DNA of 64,000 nt from Patescibacteria group bacterium (GTDB taxonomy: Bacteria > Patescibacteriota > Saccharimonadia > Saccharimonadales > 2-12-FULL-41-12). The translations under genes and the position numbers were made by a program. The DNA is taken from assembly GCA_038064875.1 (NCBI GenBank), contig JBBTSC010000001.1:55369-119368 (forward strand), written 5' to 3'. This document shows, piece after piece, positions 20,099 through 29,875 of the stretch; position 1 is the stretch's first letter; every line of letters begins with the position of its first letter. The notes beneath the pieces are model-generated. The model was given only the letters and a program-made list of their open reading frames with translations. It searched no databases and was not told the DNA's origin.

Positions 20099-20731
20099 AT
20101 GAATTTTGATATTATCAAGGTGCTTGAATCAGTCGGCGGGGTGATTGTAGATGATCATTTCGTACTAAAGTCAGGAAAGCATGCAAGTAAATATCTCAAT
20201 AAGGATGCACTCTATCCTCACACAGATCTAACATCTCAGGCTTGTCAGGCGTTTGCTGATAAAACAAAAGATTTGTCATATGATGTTGTGGTTGGTCCGG
20301 CCCTTGGCGGAATCATCTTGTCACAGTGGACAGCTTGGCATGCATCAAAGCAGTTTGGAAGCGAAATATACGGAGTTTATACAGAAAAAGACAGCAGTGA
20401 AAACCAAGTCTTTACCAGAGGATATGATGCGCTTATAAAAGACAAGAAAGTCTTAATCACCGAAGATATTACTTCAACAGGTGGCAGTGTCAAAAGCGTT
20501 ATGGATGCTGTTGCTCGTGCTGGCGGAGAAGTAGTTGGTGTTACAGTATTGGTAAATCGCAACCCGTCTGAAGTAACTTCTGAATATTTTGGGGTGCCAT
20601 TTTTCCCGCTCGGAGAATTAGTCGTCGAGGTATACAACGAGGCTGATTGTCCTATGTGCGCGGAAGGCAAGCAAGTCAATCTAAACGTTGGTCACGGGCG
20701 TAAGTATATGGAAGCTAAAAATGCCAATTGA
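20099..20731 (+). CDS. pyrE: Orotate phosphoribosyltransferase
   Basis: HFVLKSGKH; EDITSTGGS; overlaps pyrF. Confidence 0.9.
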   Translation: MNFDIIKVLESVGGVIVDDHFVLKSGKHASKYLNKDALYPHTDLTSQACQAFADKTKDLSYDVVVGPALGGIILSQWTAWHASKQFGSEIYGVYTEKDSSENQVFTRGYDALIKDKKVLITEDITSTGGSVKSVMDAVARAGGEVVGVTVLVNRNPSEVTSEYFGVPFFPLGELVVEVYNEADCPMCAEGKQVNLNVGHGRKYMEAKNAN

Positions 20732-21515
20732 TAAATATAACAAACGAGTTGACGCAGTCAACTCTCTTTTATGTGTAGGGCTTGATCCTGACTTTGATAA
20801 ATTGCCAGAGCAATTCAGGGAAAAAGAGTTCCCTCAATTTGAATTTAACAAATGGATAATTGAGCAGACTGCAGAATTCACTAGTGCCTACAAGCCGAAT
20901 ATTGCTTTTTATGAAGCTCGAGGCGAAAAGGGAATTGCCGAGCTTAAGATGACGATGGAGCTTTTAATCAACGATTATCCAGATATTTTTACTATTTGTG
21001 ATGCTAAGCGAGCTGATATCGGAAATACCAATAATGGCTATGCCCGGTTCATCTTTGATTATCTAGGATTTGATTCGATAACTTTACACCCATACTTAGG
21101 TAGTGAAGCATTAAAGCCATTTTTGGATAGAAAAGATCGTGGGTCAATCATTCTTTGTAGAACTTCTAATTCTGGGGCAGGAGAGTTCCAAGACCTTGAA
21201 ATAGATGGAAAAACTATCTGGGAGATAGTCGCAGATAAAGTTGCTAATCAGTGGAACGCTAATAATAACTGTATGTTAGTCGTTGGAGCAACATATCCTG
21301 ATGAAATGAAGAGGGTGAGAGCAATTGCCCCAAATATAACCTTGCTAGTCCCAGGCGTTGGCGCACAAGGTGGAGATGTTGGTGATGCGGTAAAATCAGG
21401 GCTGGATAGTTCTGGGCATGGCCTGATGATCAATTCTGCTAGAGGTATTATCTTTTCTGAAAATCCAGCTGAGTCTGCCAAAGCTCTCCGTGATGAAGTA
21501 AATAGCTACAGATAG
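20721..21515 (+). CDS. pyrF: Orotidine-5'-phosphate decarboxylase
   Basis: LCVGLDP, DAKRADIGNT, PGVGAQGG. Confidence 0.95.
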   Translation: MPIDKYNKRVDAVNSLLCVGLDPDFDKLPEQFREKEFPQFEFNKWIIEQTAEFTSAYKPNIAFYEARGEKGIAELKMTMELLINDYPDIFTICDAKRADIGNTNNGYARFIFDYLGFDSITLHPYLGSEALKPFLDRKDRGSIILCRTSNSGAGEFQDLEIDGKTIWEIVADKVANQWNANNNCMLVVGATYPDEMKRVRAIAPNITLLVPGVGAQGGDVGDAVKSGLDSSGHGLMINSARGIIFSENPAESAKALRDEVNSYR

Positions 21516-21558
21516 TGTAAGTATTTACAAAACTACTCCTATGTTGTAAAATATTATA

Positions 21559-22200
21559 ATGAATTTCTATACGCCGAGGATGTTTAGTGATTTGCCAGAT
21601 CAGAGAGAGCTCATAGATTGCCAAAGACAACTGATTGTGCCTAATTCGGAAGAAATACTTGGTGGCGTATTTTCGAGTCGAGTAGGGGTCGTGGTAGATA
21701 ATGAAGAGAACCCTGGGCCATATGATGCTGTAGTTGAGGCTGTAACGAGGAAATCAGAACGTCAATCAAAATATTATCTAGAAGAGTTAACGCTTATAGA
21801 TATCTTGGAGTATGTAAAAAGTGTGGTCAAGAAGGCAACGCCATATAGCCCAAGTCGATATAACTCGTTAGTCGAAAAAAGGTGGGGCCTAAAAGGAAGA
21901 GCCTCAGCCCCAGACGAGCCAGAATTTATGGTTGGGCTATCAGATCTATTAATCCAAGGAGCTAACACTTGCCAGAACTATGCTCTATTGGCTGGCGCTA
22001 CAATAAGACTTTTACAGCGACAAGAGGAACGATGTGGGGGCATTAACCCTGATTTTGCTGTTAGTATCGAGAATGGTAGGCCTTGGACTAATCATACAGA
22101 TAGACACGTTTATACAACTTTGAATACGGGTGAACTAACGTATACCATTGACCCTACTCATCCTTTCGTTACACAAGACTCCGCAAAGGTTCGTGCATAG
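21559..22200 (+). CDS. Transglutaminase-like (Cys-His-Asp) protein
   Basis: TCQNYA ... HVY ... IDPT in triad order. Confidence 0.55.
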   Translation: MNFYTPRMFSDLPDQRELIDCQRQLIVPNSEEILGGVFSSRVGVVVDNEENPGPYDAVVEAVTRKSERQSKYYLEELTLIDILEYVKSVVKKATPYSPSRYNSLVEKRWGLKGRASAPDEPEFMVGLSDLLIQGANTCQNYALLAGATIRLLQRQEERCGGINPDFAVSIENGRPWTNHTDRHVYTTLNTGELTYTIDPTHPFVTQDSAKVRA

Positions 22201-22306
22201 TACTTGCTAGATAAAGTGGTCATAATTAATTCTGAGGGTTTGGCAAATCATGCATTTTGTGTCTAAAAATACCTGTAAACACCATATATAGCGTTAGCTG
22301 GAAAAC

Positions 22307-22315
22307 TGTGGATAA
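22307..22315 (-). promoter_or_regulatory. DnaA box upstream of the dcw operon
   Basis: TGTGGATAA is the reverse complement of the consensus TTATCCACA. Confidence 0.5.
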
Positions 22316-22351
22316 CTAACGTCTTTCTGATGAAAAACAGTAATAAAATGC

Positions 22352-22404
22352 TTGCATATGGGTATCAGTGGGTAGTAAACTCTATTTAGTGGGTAGCGGT
22401 AGGT
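22352..22404 (+). promoter_or_regulatory. mraZ promoter with MraZ-type TGGG direct repeats
   Basis: TTGCAT-N18-TAAACT overlapped by TGGGT at 22359, 22369, 22390 and TAGGT at 22400 (about 10 nt phasing). Confidence 0.7.
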
Positions 22405-22470
22405 AAGGGCAAAAGAGTCTTACCTATACAAAAAAACAAAAACCACTAACAAAAAAAATGAGAGGTCCAG

Positions 22471-22845
22471 ATGTCAACATTAGACTATTTTGAGCGCAAA
22501 CTCGATGACAAGCGGAGGCTGACAATACCAGCCGAGATTCGAGACGTGTTCAAGAATGGTGTAGTAGTGACGAGGGGCTTCGGAACGTACCTCCACCTGT
22601 ATCCCAAAGAGGTTTGGGACCAGATGGTAGAGCCAAAACTAGATGGCGACATCTTAGATGAGCGTATCGCTGATCTCAACGTACAGTTTCGCACCGGTAA
22701 AGTGCAGACTGTAATTGATGAGAAACAGGGTAGGATCACGCTTGAACAGCATCAGCTTGACTATGCTGGGATAGATAAGGATGTGGTTGCTGTCGGAGTT
22801 GGCCGATACTGGAGGTTGATTGCTGCGGAGAATGCGAAAGCTTGA
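22471..22845 (+). CDS. mraZ: Transcriptional regulator MraZ
   Basis: LDDKRRLTIP and DEKQGRI repeats; first gene of the dcw cluster. Confidence 0.93.
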   Translation: MSTLDYFERKLDDKRRLTIPAEIRDVFKNGVVVTRGFGTYLHLYPKEVWDQMVEPKLDGDILDERIADLNVQFRTGKVQTVIDEKQGRITLEQHQLDYAGIDKDVVAVGVGRYWRLIAAENAKA

Positions 22846-23058
22846 GACTATTAAGTCTCTGAGAGTTCTCATCCGGCCCAGGCAAGTTCTTTAACAAATA
22901 ATAGCGAAATTACTCCCGTGCGAAGAAGTGGGGGTACTAGAAGGTTAGCTATTTGGCAGTCAGTAAGTGGAAGACCTAGTCTTTCGAGGGATAACCACTA
23001 TAAAACCCTAGTTCTTTATATATAAACACCTCCCAAAACTCCACCTCACATAAGTCTC

Positions 23059-23153
23059 TTATTTGCTCAATTGACTTCGATGATTAGCTTTGAATAGCGT
23101 CAATTTATTGACACTATCTATTCAACATTCGAAGTCGCTAAAATTGCAAATAA
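23059..23153. repeat. ~95 bp imperfect hairpin between mraZ and rsmH
   Basis: TTATTTGC/GCAAATAA, GACTTCGA/TCGAAGTC, TGAATAG/CTATTCA, GTCAAT/ATTGAC. Confidence 0.7.
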
Positions 23154-23258
23154 AACAAACAAAAACAAAAACATTACAAAAACAAAAAACTGACTGCTAA
23201 TTAGGTGACCTTGTAATCAAGGAAACAAAAACAAAAACAAAAAACAAAAGCGAGAACA

Positions 23259-24176
23259 ATGGATCACCACAAACCAGTCTTACTGCGAGAAGTGTTGGAC
23301 TATCTTAATCCAAAAGATGGTCAGAGCTATCTTGATCTAACTGCCGGGTACGGCGGTCACAGTAGTGCTGTGCTTACCAGGGTGGGCAAGCAAGCACATG
23401 TTGTTTTGGTCGACCGAGACCAAGACGCGATCAACGAGCTAAAACAACTCTTCGATGTTCACAGCAATGTGACAATAATGCAAACGGACTTCAACCGGGC
23501 GAGCAAAATACTACTAGAGAAATCAGAGAGATTTGATTTGATCTTGGCAGATATTGGGGTATCGTCGTTGCACCTTGACAAGAAAGAGCGTGGTTTTTCA
23601 CTCAAAAGTGATGGCCCACTAGATATGCGAATGGACCAAAGGTCTGAACTAAACGCATACAAAGTTGTGAATGAGTACAATGAAGATGATCTTGCTAGAG
23701 TCCTGAGTGACTACGGCGAAATCAAAAATGCGAGGTATTTGGCACGGCAGATAGTGGACAACCGTCCTTTTAATAGCACGCTTGAGTTAGCTGATTTTGT
23801 GGCAAGCAAAAATCGAACAAAAAAATGGCACAAGGTTCATCCAGCTACGACTGTCTTCCAAGCAATTAGGATAGAAGTCAATGATGAACTGGGGCTTTTG
23901 GAAGCAAGTCTTCCTCTGTGGTTCGAACTTTTGAAGCCTGGTGGCAAGCTGGCAGTCATATCGTTCCAAAGCCTGGAAGATAGGATTGTTAAAAAGTTTG
24001 TTCAAAGTCTGTCAGCTGACAAATACGAAGCTGTGGGTATCAACCTGACCAAGAAAGTGGTCACACCTGCAGATGATGAATTAGTTTATAACCCGCGATC
24101 ACGTAGTGCAAAACTGCGAGTCGTAGCGAAAATAAAAACAAACAAGGAAGGAGATGTAAATGCCGATTCAGGTTAA
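23259..24176 (+). CDS. rsmH: 16S rRNA m4C1402 methyltransferase
   Basis: HKPVLL, D.T.GYGGH, PLDMRMD, NPRSRSAKLR. Confidence 0.97.
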   Translation: MDHHKPVLLREVLDYLNPKDGQSYLDLTAGYGGHSSAVLTRVGKQAHVVLVDRDQDAINELKQLFDVHSNVTIMQTDFNRASKILLEKSERFDLILADIGVSSLHLDKKERGFSLKSDGPLDMRMDQRSELNAYKVVNEYNEDDLARVLSDYGEIKNARYLARQIVDNRPFNSTLELADFVASKNRTKKWHKVHPATTVFQAIRIEVNDELGLLEASLPLWFELLKPGGKLAVISFQSLEDRIVKKFVQSLSADKYEAVGINLTKKVVTPADDELVYNPRSRSAKLRVVAKIKTNKEGDVNADSG

Positions 24177-24222
24177 AAGCACCTCCCGAGCGTATAAGGT
24201 TCACGTGAGAGTCGTGGCCTAG
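24160..24222 (+). CDS. Candidate 20 aa small ORF MPIQVKSTSRAYKVHVRVVA
   Basis: AAGGAAGGAG RBS upstream; overlaps the rsmH stop; no homology evidence. Confidence 0.35.
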   Translation: MPIQVKSTSRAYKVHVRVVA

Positions 24223-24303
24223 GGAGATACGCATTGGCTCCTCCACTTGGTACGTCCAAGTAGAGGAGCATTCGAGAAAACATAAAAACAAAAAGAAAAA
24301 ATT

Positions 24304-24648
24304 ATGACATATTCAAGTTCTATATCAACAAACAAAAGACGTTTTGAAAGCCGTCACCGTAATGCGGTGAGTTTTCGAGAGCAGGCAAGGGTCTTAGGAC
24401 CGATAACAAACACAGTTTTATTACTCGTGCTTGGTTGTCTACTAGGCCTCTTCTATCTGTCGCAGGTGACAAAAGTTAACGCAAGTGGTTATAAAATAGA
24501 TTCATTGCAAAAAGAATACACAGCATTGCAGAAAGAGCATGACGAACTAGAGCTATCAGCAGCTAAGCTACAGTCACTTGACCGAGTAGCAAGCTCAGAA
24601 GAAGCCCAAAAGCTCGTTGCTGTAACTCCTACAAAGACTATTCGTTAG
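24304..24648 (+). CDS. ftsL: FtsL-like cell division protein
   Basis: Single TM followed by coiled coil; position between rsmH and the PBP gene. Confidence 0.7.
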   Translation: MTYSSSISTNKRRFESRHRNAVSFREQARVLGPITNTVLLLVLGCLLGLFYLSQVTKVNASGYKIDSLQKEYTALQKEHDELELSAAKLQSLDRVASSEEAQKLVAVTPTKTIR

Positions 24649-24660
24649 ACTGAGCATCAG

Positions 24661-26436
24661 ATGAGGTTAAGTACGCGAAGACAACCATTATTAGAAGCAT
24701 CAAACGTTTTCCAAAGAGGACGTTTTGAGATTATGTACTACCTGATTGTCGTCGTATTCTTGATCATTATCGTGCGACTTTTTTATTTGCAAGTAATTAT
24801 GCACAAAGACTATAAAGACAGAGCTTTTTCAGGGCAATATAAAGAACAGCAAATTTTGCCTAGGCGAGGGACTATCGATGCGTTTGACGGCACCACAAGG
24901 GTGCCTTTTGTGCTCAATGAGGATACATATACTCTATTTGTTGATCCGAAATATATCAAAGAAAAAGATCGAACGAGTGAGAAGTTAGCGAAGATACTTG
25001 GTGTTAATTCCAAAGAGATTAAAGAGAAAATTAACAATTCGGAAACACGCTACGTGGTCATTGCTAAAAGGGTAGATCAGAAAAAGAAAGATCAAATAGA
25101 AGATCTGAATTTAGTTGGTGTGGGTCTTAGAACTGTGCCAATGCGCTCATATCCTAATGGTAATCTTGCGTCACAATTACTTGGATATGTCGACCAAGAG
25201 GGCAGTGGAAAATACGGGATAGAGCAATATATGGACGGTGATTTAAAAGGTGAGATTGGTCTGCTCAAAGCAGTTACGGACGCCAAGGGTGTGCCACTCA
25301 TTAATAATAAAGACAATGTTTTGAAAGATGCAAAAGATGGAAAGAAGATTTTGTTAACCATAGACGTTGGTTTGCAGAAAAAAGTTGAAGATACACTTAG
25401 AGACTATTTGCCAACAGTAAATTCTAAATCTGGTAGCGTGCTGGTGATGGATCCAAATACTGGAGCAATTAAAGCTATGGCAAATTTCCCGACATATAAT
25501 CCAGCTGAGTATTTTAAGGTTGAAGATCCCAGGCTATTTCAGAATGCTACAGTAGCAGATCCGTTTGAAGTAGGCTCTATTATGAAGACGCTGACAATGA
25601 GTGCGGGTATAAATGAGGGTGTTGTTAACCTAGGTGGCTCGTATGTCGACCAAGGTGTTATGAAAATAGGCGATCGTGAAGTTAAGAACGTTTCTGGGTT
25701 TCAAAATAGGGCTACAAGGCCAATCACAGATATTATCACACTATCTTTAAATACTGGAGCAGTATATATTTTGCAACAGCTTGGTGGTGGTGAGCTGAAC
25801 GAACAGGGCAGGGTGCGGTGGCATAATTATCTAGTCAATCACTATCGTTTTTCTAAAACTACAGGCGTAGAACAAGGCTATGAAGCTGAGGGATATGTGC
25901 CCGATCCTAAGAATGGCTTTGGGCTTAATATAGACTATGCTAACACGACTTTTGGCCAGGGTATGAATATTACGCAACTGCAGATGACAAGCGCCTTGTC
26001 GGCCGTGATTAACGGTGGGACATACTATCAGCCTCACCTTGTTGCTAGTACAAAAGAAGGCAAGGCAAATGTTGATGATAGAGTTAAAGTTGTAGCCAAA
26101 GACGTAGTAAAGCCAGAGACATCTAGTCAGATAAAAGGTGTCATGGAACTAGCTGTTAACAAAAGCTATACGTTCTTGAAGAGAGACGGATATATAGTTG
26201 GCGGTAAGACTGGTACAGCTCAGATTGCCAAACCTGGTGGTGGGTACTACGACGACAGCAAGATTAACGGAACATTTATTGGATATATTGGTATAACTAA
26301 GCCAGAATACGTGATTATGGTCAGGGTTAATGAACCGGTAGTGCCAGGTTATGCTGGGTCAAAAGCAGCAGCGCCGTTGTTCGGTAGGGTCTCGAATACT
26401 TTGATGGATAACTACTTGCTGTCGAAGACAAACTAA
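24661..26436 (+). CDS. ftsI: Class B penicillin-binding protein (FtsI/PBP2)
   Basis: RGTI, GSIMK (SxxK), SLN (SxN), KTGTAQ. Confidence 0.93.
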   Translation: MRLSTRRQPLLEASNVFQRGRFEIMYYLIVVVFLIIIVRLFYLQVIMHKDYKDRAFSGQYKEQQILPRRGTIDAFDGTTRVPFVLNEDTYTLFVDPKYIKEKDRTSEKLAKILGVNSKEIKEKINNSETRYVVIAKRVDQKKKDQIEDLNLVGVGLRTVPMRSYPNGNLASQLLGYVDQEGSGKYGIEQYMDGDLKGEIGLLKAVTDAKGVPLINNKDNVLKDAKDGKKILLTIDVGLQKKVEDTLRDYLPTVNSKSGSVLVMDPNTGAIKAMANFPTYNPAEYFKVEDPRLFQNATVADPFEVGSIMKTLTMSAGINEGVVNLGGSYVDQGVMKIGDREVKNVSGFQNRATRPITDIITLSLNTGAVYILQQLGGGELNEQGRVRWHNYLVNHYRFSKTTGVEQGYEAEGYVPDPKNGFGLNIDYANTTFGQGMNITQLQMTSALSAVINGGTYYQPHLVASTKEGKANVDDRVKVVAKDVVKPETSSQIKGVMELAVNKSYTFLKRDGYIVGGKTGTAQIAKPGGGYYDDSKINGTFIGYIGITKPEYVIMVRVNEPVVPGYAGSKAAAPLFGRVSNTLMDNYLLSKTN

Positions 26437-26461
26437 ATGATATAATGAAAAAGGAAAAAAT

Positions 26462-27508
26462 ATGACACAAACACTTTCAATAGCTTTCGAAACAAGTAAA
26501 TTTGCAGAAATTTTTGCTTTTGCATTTGCTGGATTTGTGATGACAATGATTTTGACGCCAATCTACACAACCTTGGCCTATAGATATGAATGGTGGAAAA
26601 AACCAAGAGAAGACACTGTCACGGGCGAAAAAGCTACGATCTTTAATAAATTACACGCACATAAACACCAACGACACATTCCAACAATGGCCGGAGTTGT
26701 ATTTTTACTAAGTGTAGTTTTGATAACGTTAGCTAGTAATCTCTCTAGAGAACAAACTTGGCTACCTTTGGCTGCTTTTGTGGCAGCAGGTCTAGTAGGG
26801 CTTATCGACGATGTGATTAATCTAAAAGGCAGTGGCAAGGGTGTTGCGGGGCTTCCGAGTAGGGTCAAATTTGCCTTAGTTACGGGTATCGCGATAGCTT
26901 GTAGCCTTTACTTTTTCTCAAAGCTAGACGTTGAGAGCATTAACATACCGTTCTTCGGTGACCTATTCTTGGGCTGGTTAGTGGTACCACTTTTTGCTTT
27001 TGTGATTGTAGCTACTGCCAACGCAGTAAATATAAGTGATGGTCTAGATGGGCTTGCTGGAGGCCTAACCTCTTCGGCTTTTGGCGCATACGCTATAATC
27101 GCGTTCATAGATCAACGATATGGGGTGGCAGCCTTTTGTATGACAATACTGGGGGCTTTGCTCAGCTATACGTGGTTCAATATCTTCCCAGCAAGGTTCT
27201 TTATGGGTGATGTGGGGAGTTTTTCTTTGGGCATGGCTCTCGGCGTTGTGGCGATAATAACCAATACAGTATTCATATTGCCAATTATTGGAATAGTCTT
27301 TGTTGCAGAAGCAGGATCAACAATTATTCAAGTGCTATCTAAGAAGCTACGCGGTGGTAAGAAAATATTTAAGATAGCGCCAATTCATCATCATTTCGAA
27401 GCAATTGGTTGGCCAGAGACAAAAGTCACCATGCGTTTTTGGATCATCGGACAGGTTTCTGGACTTGTTGGACTGATGATTTATGTACTGGGTGTTTACG
27501 GACAGTAA
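26462..27508 (+). CDS. mraY: Phospho-N-acetylmuramoyl-pentapeptide transferase
   Basis: PTMAG, NAVNISDGLDGL, FMGDVGS, APIHHHFE. Confidence 0.97.
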   Translation: MTQTLSIAFETSKFAEIFAFAFAGFVMTMILTPIYTTLAYRYEWWKKPREDTVTGEKATIFNKLHAHKHQRHIPTMAGVVFLLSVVLITLASNLSREQTWLPLAAFVAAGLVGLIDDVINLKGSGKGVAGLPSRVKFALVTGIAIACSLYFFSKLDVESINIPFFGDLFLGWLVVPLFAFVIVATANAVNISDGLDGLAGGLTSSAFGAYAIIAFIDQRYGVAAFCMTILGALLSYTWFNIFPARFFMGDVGSFSLGMALGVVAIITNTVFILPIIGIVFVAEAGSTIIQVLSKKLRGGKKIFKIAPIHHHFEAIGWPETKVTMRFWIIGQVSGLVGLMIYVLGVYGQ

Positions 27509-27510
27509 AA

Positions 27511-28773
27511 ATGATGCGAATTAGTGGGCGTCGCAAACCGAGTACGCAGAGCTCTACTAGGAGTAGCTTTTCTGGTAATAACAATTTTCCTGGAGAAATA
27601 AGAGGACACCGACCAGACTATATGATCGTCTTTTTATCTATGTTATTGCTGTCCATAGGGTTGATAGTTGTATATTCTATAAGTCCCGGTTTGGCAGCGA
27701 GCGAAGGCGTTTCTACAGAGCATTTTATCAACAAGCAAATTGTCAGTGTTGGCTTAGGCTTGATTGCTTTTACTATCATGAGTATGTTGCCAATAGAGTT
27801 ACTTTTTCGTCTGCGCAAACATTTGGCAGCAGTGGCTCTTTTTGCATCAGTTTTATTGCTATTTGTTGGTGAGAGAATAAATGGTGCTGTTCGGTGGATA
27901 GATCTGCCCGGCGGGATATCTTTCCAGGTAGCGGAACTGATAAAAATCTGTATTATCATCGGTCTGAGCTATGAGCTCTCACGCCGTATGTCAAAGGCAC
28001 AGGTAAATGACTCTAATAGAACCTTAAAACCACTGATAGGCTTGCTACTGCTTGTCGCTATATTTGTGGCATTTCTCCAGAGTGACTTTGGCTCAGCGGC
28101 AGTTATTACTGCTATAATTTTTGCTCAAGCGATCAGTGCGGGATTGCCGTTCAAAAAAATAAGTATGGTTATGGTAGTCGTGCTCATCATTGGGTTGATC
28201 GCTATTATGTCCACCCCGTATCGTAGAGAAAGGGTTAAAACCTTCGTTAACCCTTCAAAAGATTGTTTGACTCAGAATGAAGAATCACTAGGCGCGGGCT
28301 ATCAAACATGTCAGGCACTTATAGCAGTTGGTTCAGGGGGTGTTATTGGCCTTGGTGTTGGTAATAGTGTCCAGGCCTATGGCTACTTGCCTGAAGCAGA
28401 AAATGACTCCATTTTTGCTATTATTGGGGAGAAATTTGGTTTTATTGGTGTGACAATCATCATATTCCTCTATTTATTTTTATTTAGTAGATTTAAGACG
28501 ATAATTGAACGTCTTCAGAAGAATGAATACAAACTGTTTGTGGTAGGTGTTCTGACGTGGCTTGCCACACAAACGATAATCAATATTGGCGCAATGGTCG
28601 GGCTTTTGCCACTAAAGGGGATTACTCTTCCTCTGGTCAGTTATGGAGGGACAAGTCTTCTCTTTATTATGATTGGCCTGGGCATGGTGTTTCGACTGTC
28701 GCGATTCACGACTTTTAGAGATATAATGGTAAGTGATGAAAAAGCAAACAATCTTTCTAGTCGGCGGAGGTAG
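27511..28773 (+). CDS. ftsW: SEDS peptidoglycan glycosyltransferase FtsW
   Basis: GAVRWI, YLPEAENDSIF, GITLPLVSYGGTS. Confidence 0.93.
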   Translation: MMRISGRRKPSTQSSTRSSFSGNNNFPGEIRGHRPDYMIVFLSMLLLSIGLIVVYSISPGLAASEGVSTEHFINKQIVSVGLGLIAFTIMSMLPIELLFRLRKHLAAVALFASVLLLFVGERINGAVRWIDLPGGISFQVAELIKICIIIGLSYELSRRMSKAQVNDSNRTLKPLIGLLLLVAIFVAFLQSDFGSAAVITAIIFAQAISAGLPFKKISMVMVVVLIIGLIAIMSTPYRRERVKTFVNPSKDCLTQNEESLGAGYQTCQALIAVGSGGVIGLGVGNSVQAYGYLPEAENDSIFAIIGEKFGFIGVTIIIFLYLFLFSRFKTIIERLQKNEYKLFVVGVLTWLATQTIINIGAMVGLLPLKGITLPLVSYGGTSLLFIMIGLGMVFRLSRFTTFRDIMVSDEKANNLSSRRR

Positions 28774-29875
28774 CGGGGGACACATAACTCCTCTTTTGGC
28801 GATAGGCAAAGAGGTTTCCCAGATATCTCCAGATATTGAGATTATTTTTGTAACTGAGAGGGGCGGAAATTTCGCTAATATCCTGGACACGGAGGCAGTT
28901 CAGTCAAAGAAAATATTTGCGGGCAAACTTCGCAGATACCACGGCGTAAGTTTTTGGCGTCAGCTACTCGACATAAAAACCCATTTCCTAAATATCCGAG
29001 ATGTTTTGTTTCTGATTTTTGGTATAGTTGAGAGTTTTGTCTTGATTATCCGCTACCGTCCGAAAGTCATTTTTTTGAAGGGTGGTTTCGTGTCTTTACC
29101 GGTTGGGATCTGCGCGCGTTTATTGGGAGCAAGCTATGTGACGCATGATTCAGATGCCCGTGCGAGTTTGACTAATAAAGTAGTTGGCAAAAAAGCTATT
29201 TATAACCTAGTATCTTTATCAGAGAAAAGTCCAACTTATGATCCAAAGAAGACTATGCAAGTTGGCGTCCCTATATCTGACGAGTTTGCCCCGGTAGATC
29301 AGAATACAAAGTCGAGCCTTAGGGGTGAATTTGGTATTGATAATGATATGACAGTTATTTTGGTAGTTGGTGGTAGTATCGGTGCTGATAGGCTTAATAA
29401 AGCTGTGGCAGAGATTGCTCCAAAACTGTTGGAAAATAGTAAAAAGTTGATGATTATTCACCAGACTGGCAAAAATCAACAAAATTATTACAAGTCTGCC
29501 CATGATAGGATTAGATTAGTTGAATTTATTGATAATATGAGCCAATATGGAGCTGTTTCTGACGTTATTGTGAGTAGAGCTGGTGCAACAGCTATATCTG
29601 AATTTGCAACTCAGAGAAAAGCTCTTATTCTTGTCCCTAATCCAAACCTAACAGGTGGTCATCAGTTAGAAAACGCTAAATTGTTAGTCGATGCTCGTGC
29701 TTGCTTAGTCGCAGAGGATTCGTCTAATCTTGCAGATAATCTATCGCACGCAGTCGAGAAAGTACTTAGAGATGATAATCTTAAAAAAGAACTTGAGACC
29801 AATATTGCACAATTTGATTCTTCAAGTTCGGCGAAAAAAATTGCTCAAATTTTGGTGGATATAGACAGTGTTTAG
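28736..29875 (+). CDS. murG: Lipid II synthase MurG
   Basis: GGGSGGHITP, GGSIGA, SRAGAT, HQLENA. Confidence 0.95.
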   Translation: MKKQTIFLVGGGSGGHITPLLAIGKEVSQISPDIEIIFVTERGGNFANILDTEAVQSKKIFAGKLRRYHGVSFWRQLLDIKTHFLNIRDVLFLIFGIVESFVLIIRYRPKVIFLKGGFVSLPVGICARLLGASYVTHDSDARASLTNKVVGKKAIYNLVSLSEKSPTYDPKKTMQVGVPISDEFAPVDQNTKSSLRGEFGIDNDMTVILVVGGSIGADRLNKAVAEIAPKLLENSKKLMIIHQTGKNQQNYYKSAHDRIRLVEFIDNMSQYGAVSDVIVSRAGATAISEFATQRKALILVPNPNLTGGHQLENAKLLVDARACLVAEDSSNLADNLSHAVEKVLRDDNLKKELETNIAQFDSSSSAKKIAQILVDIDSV

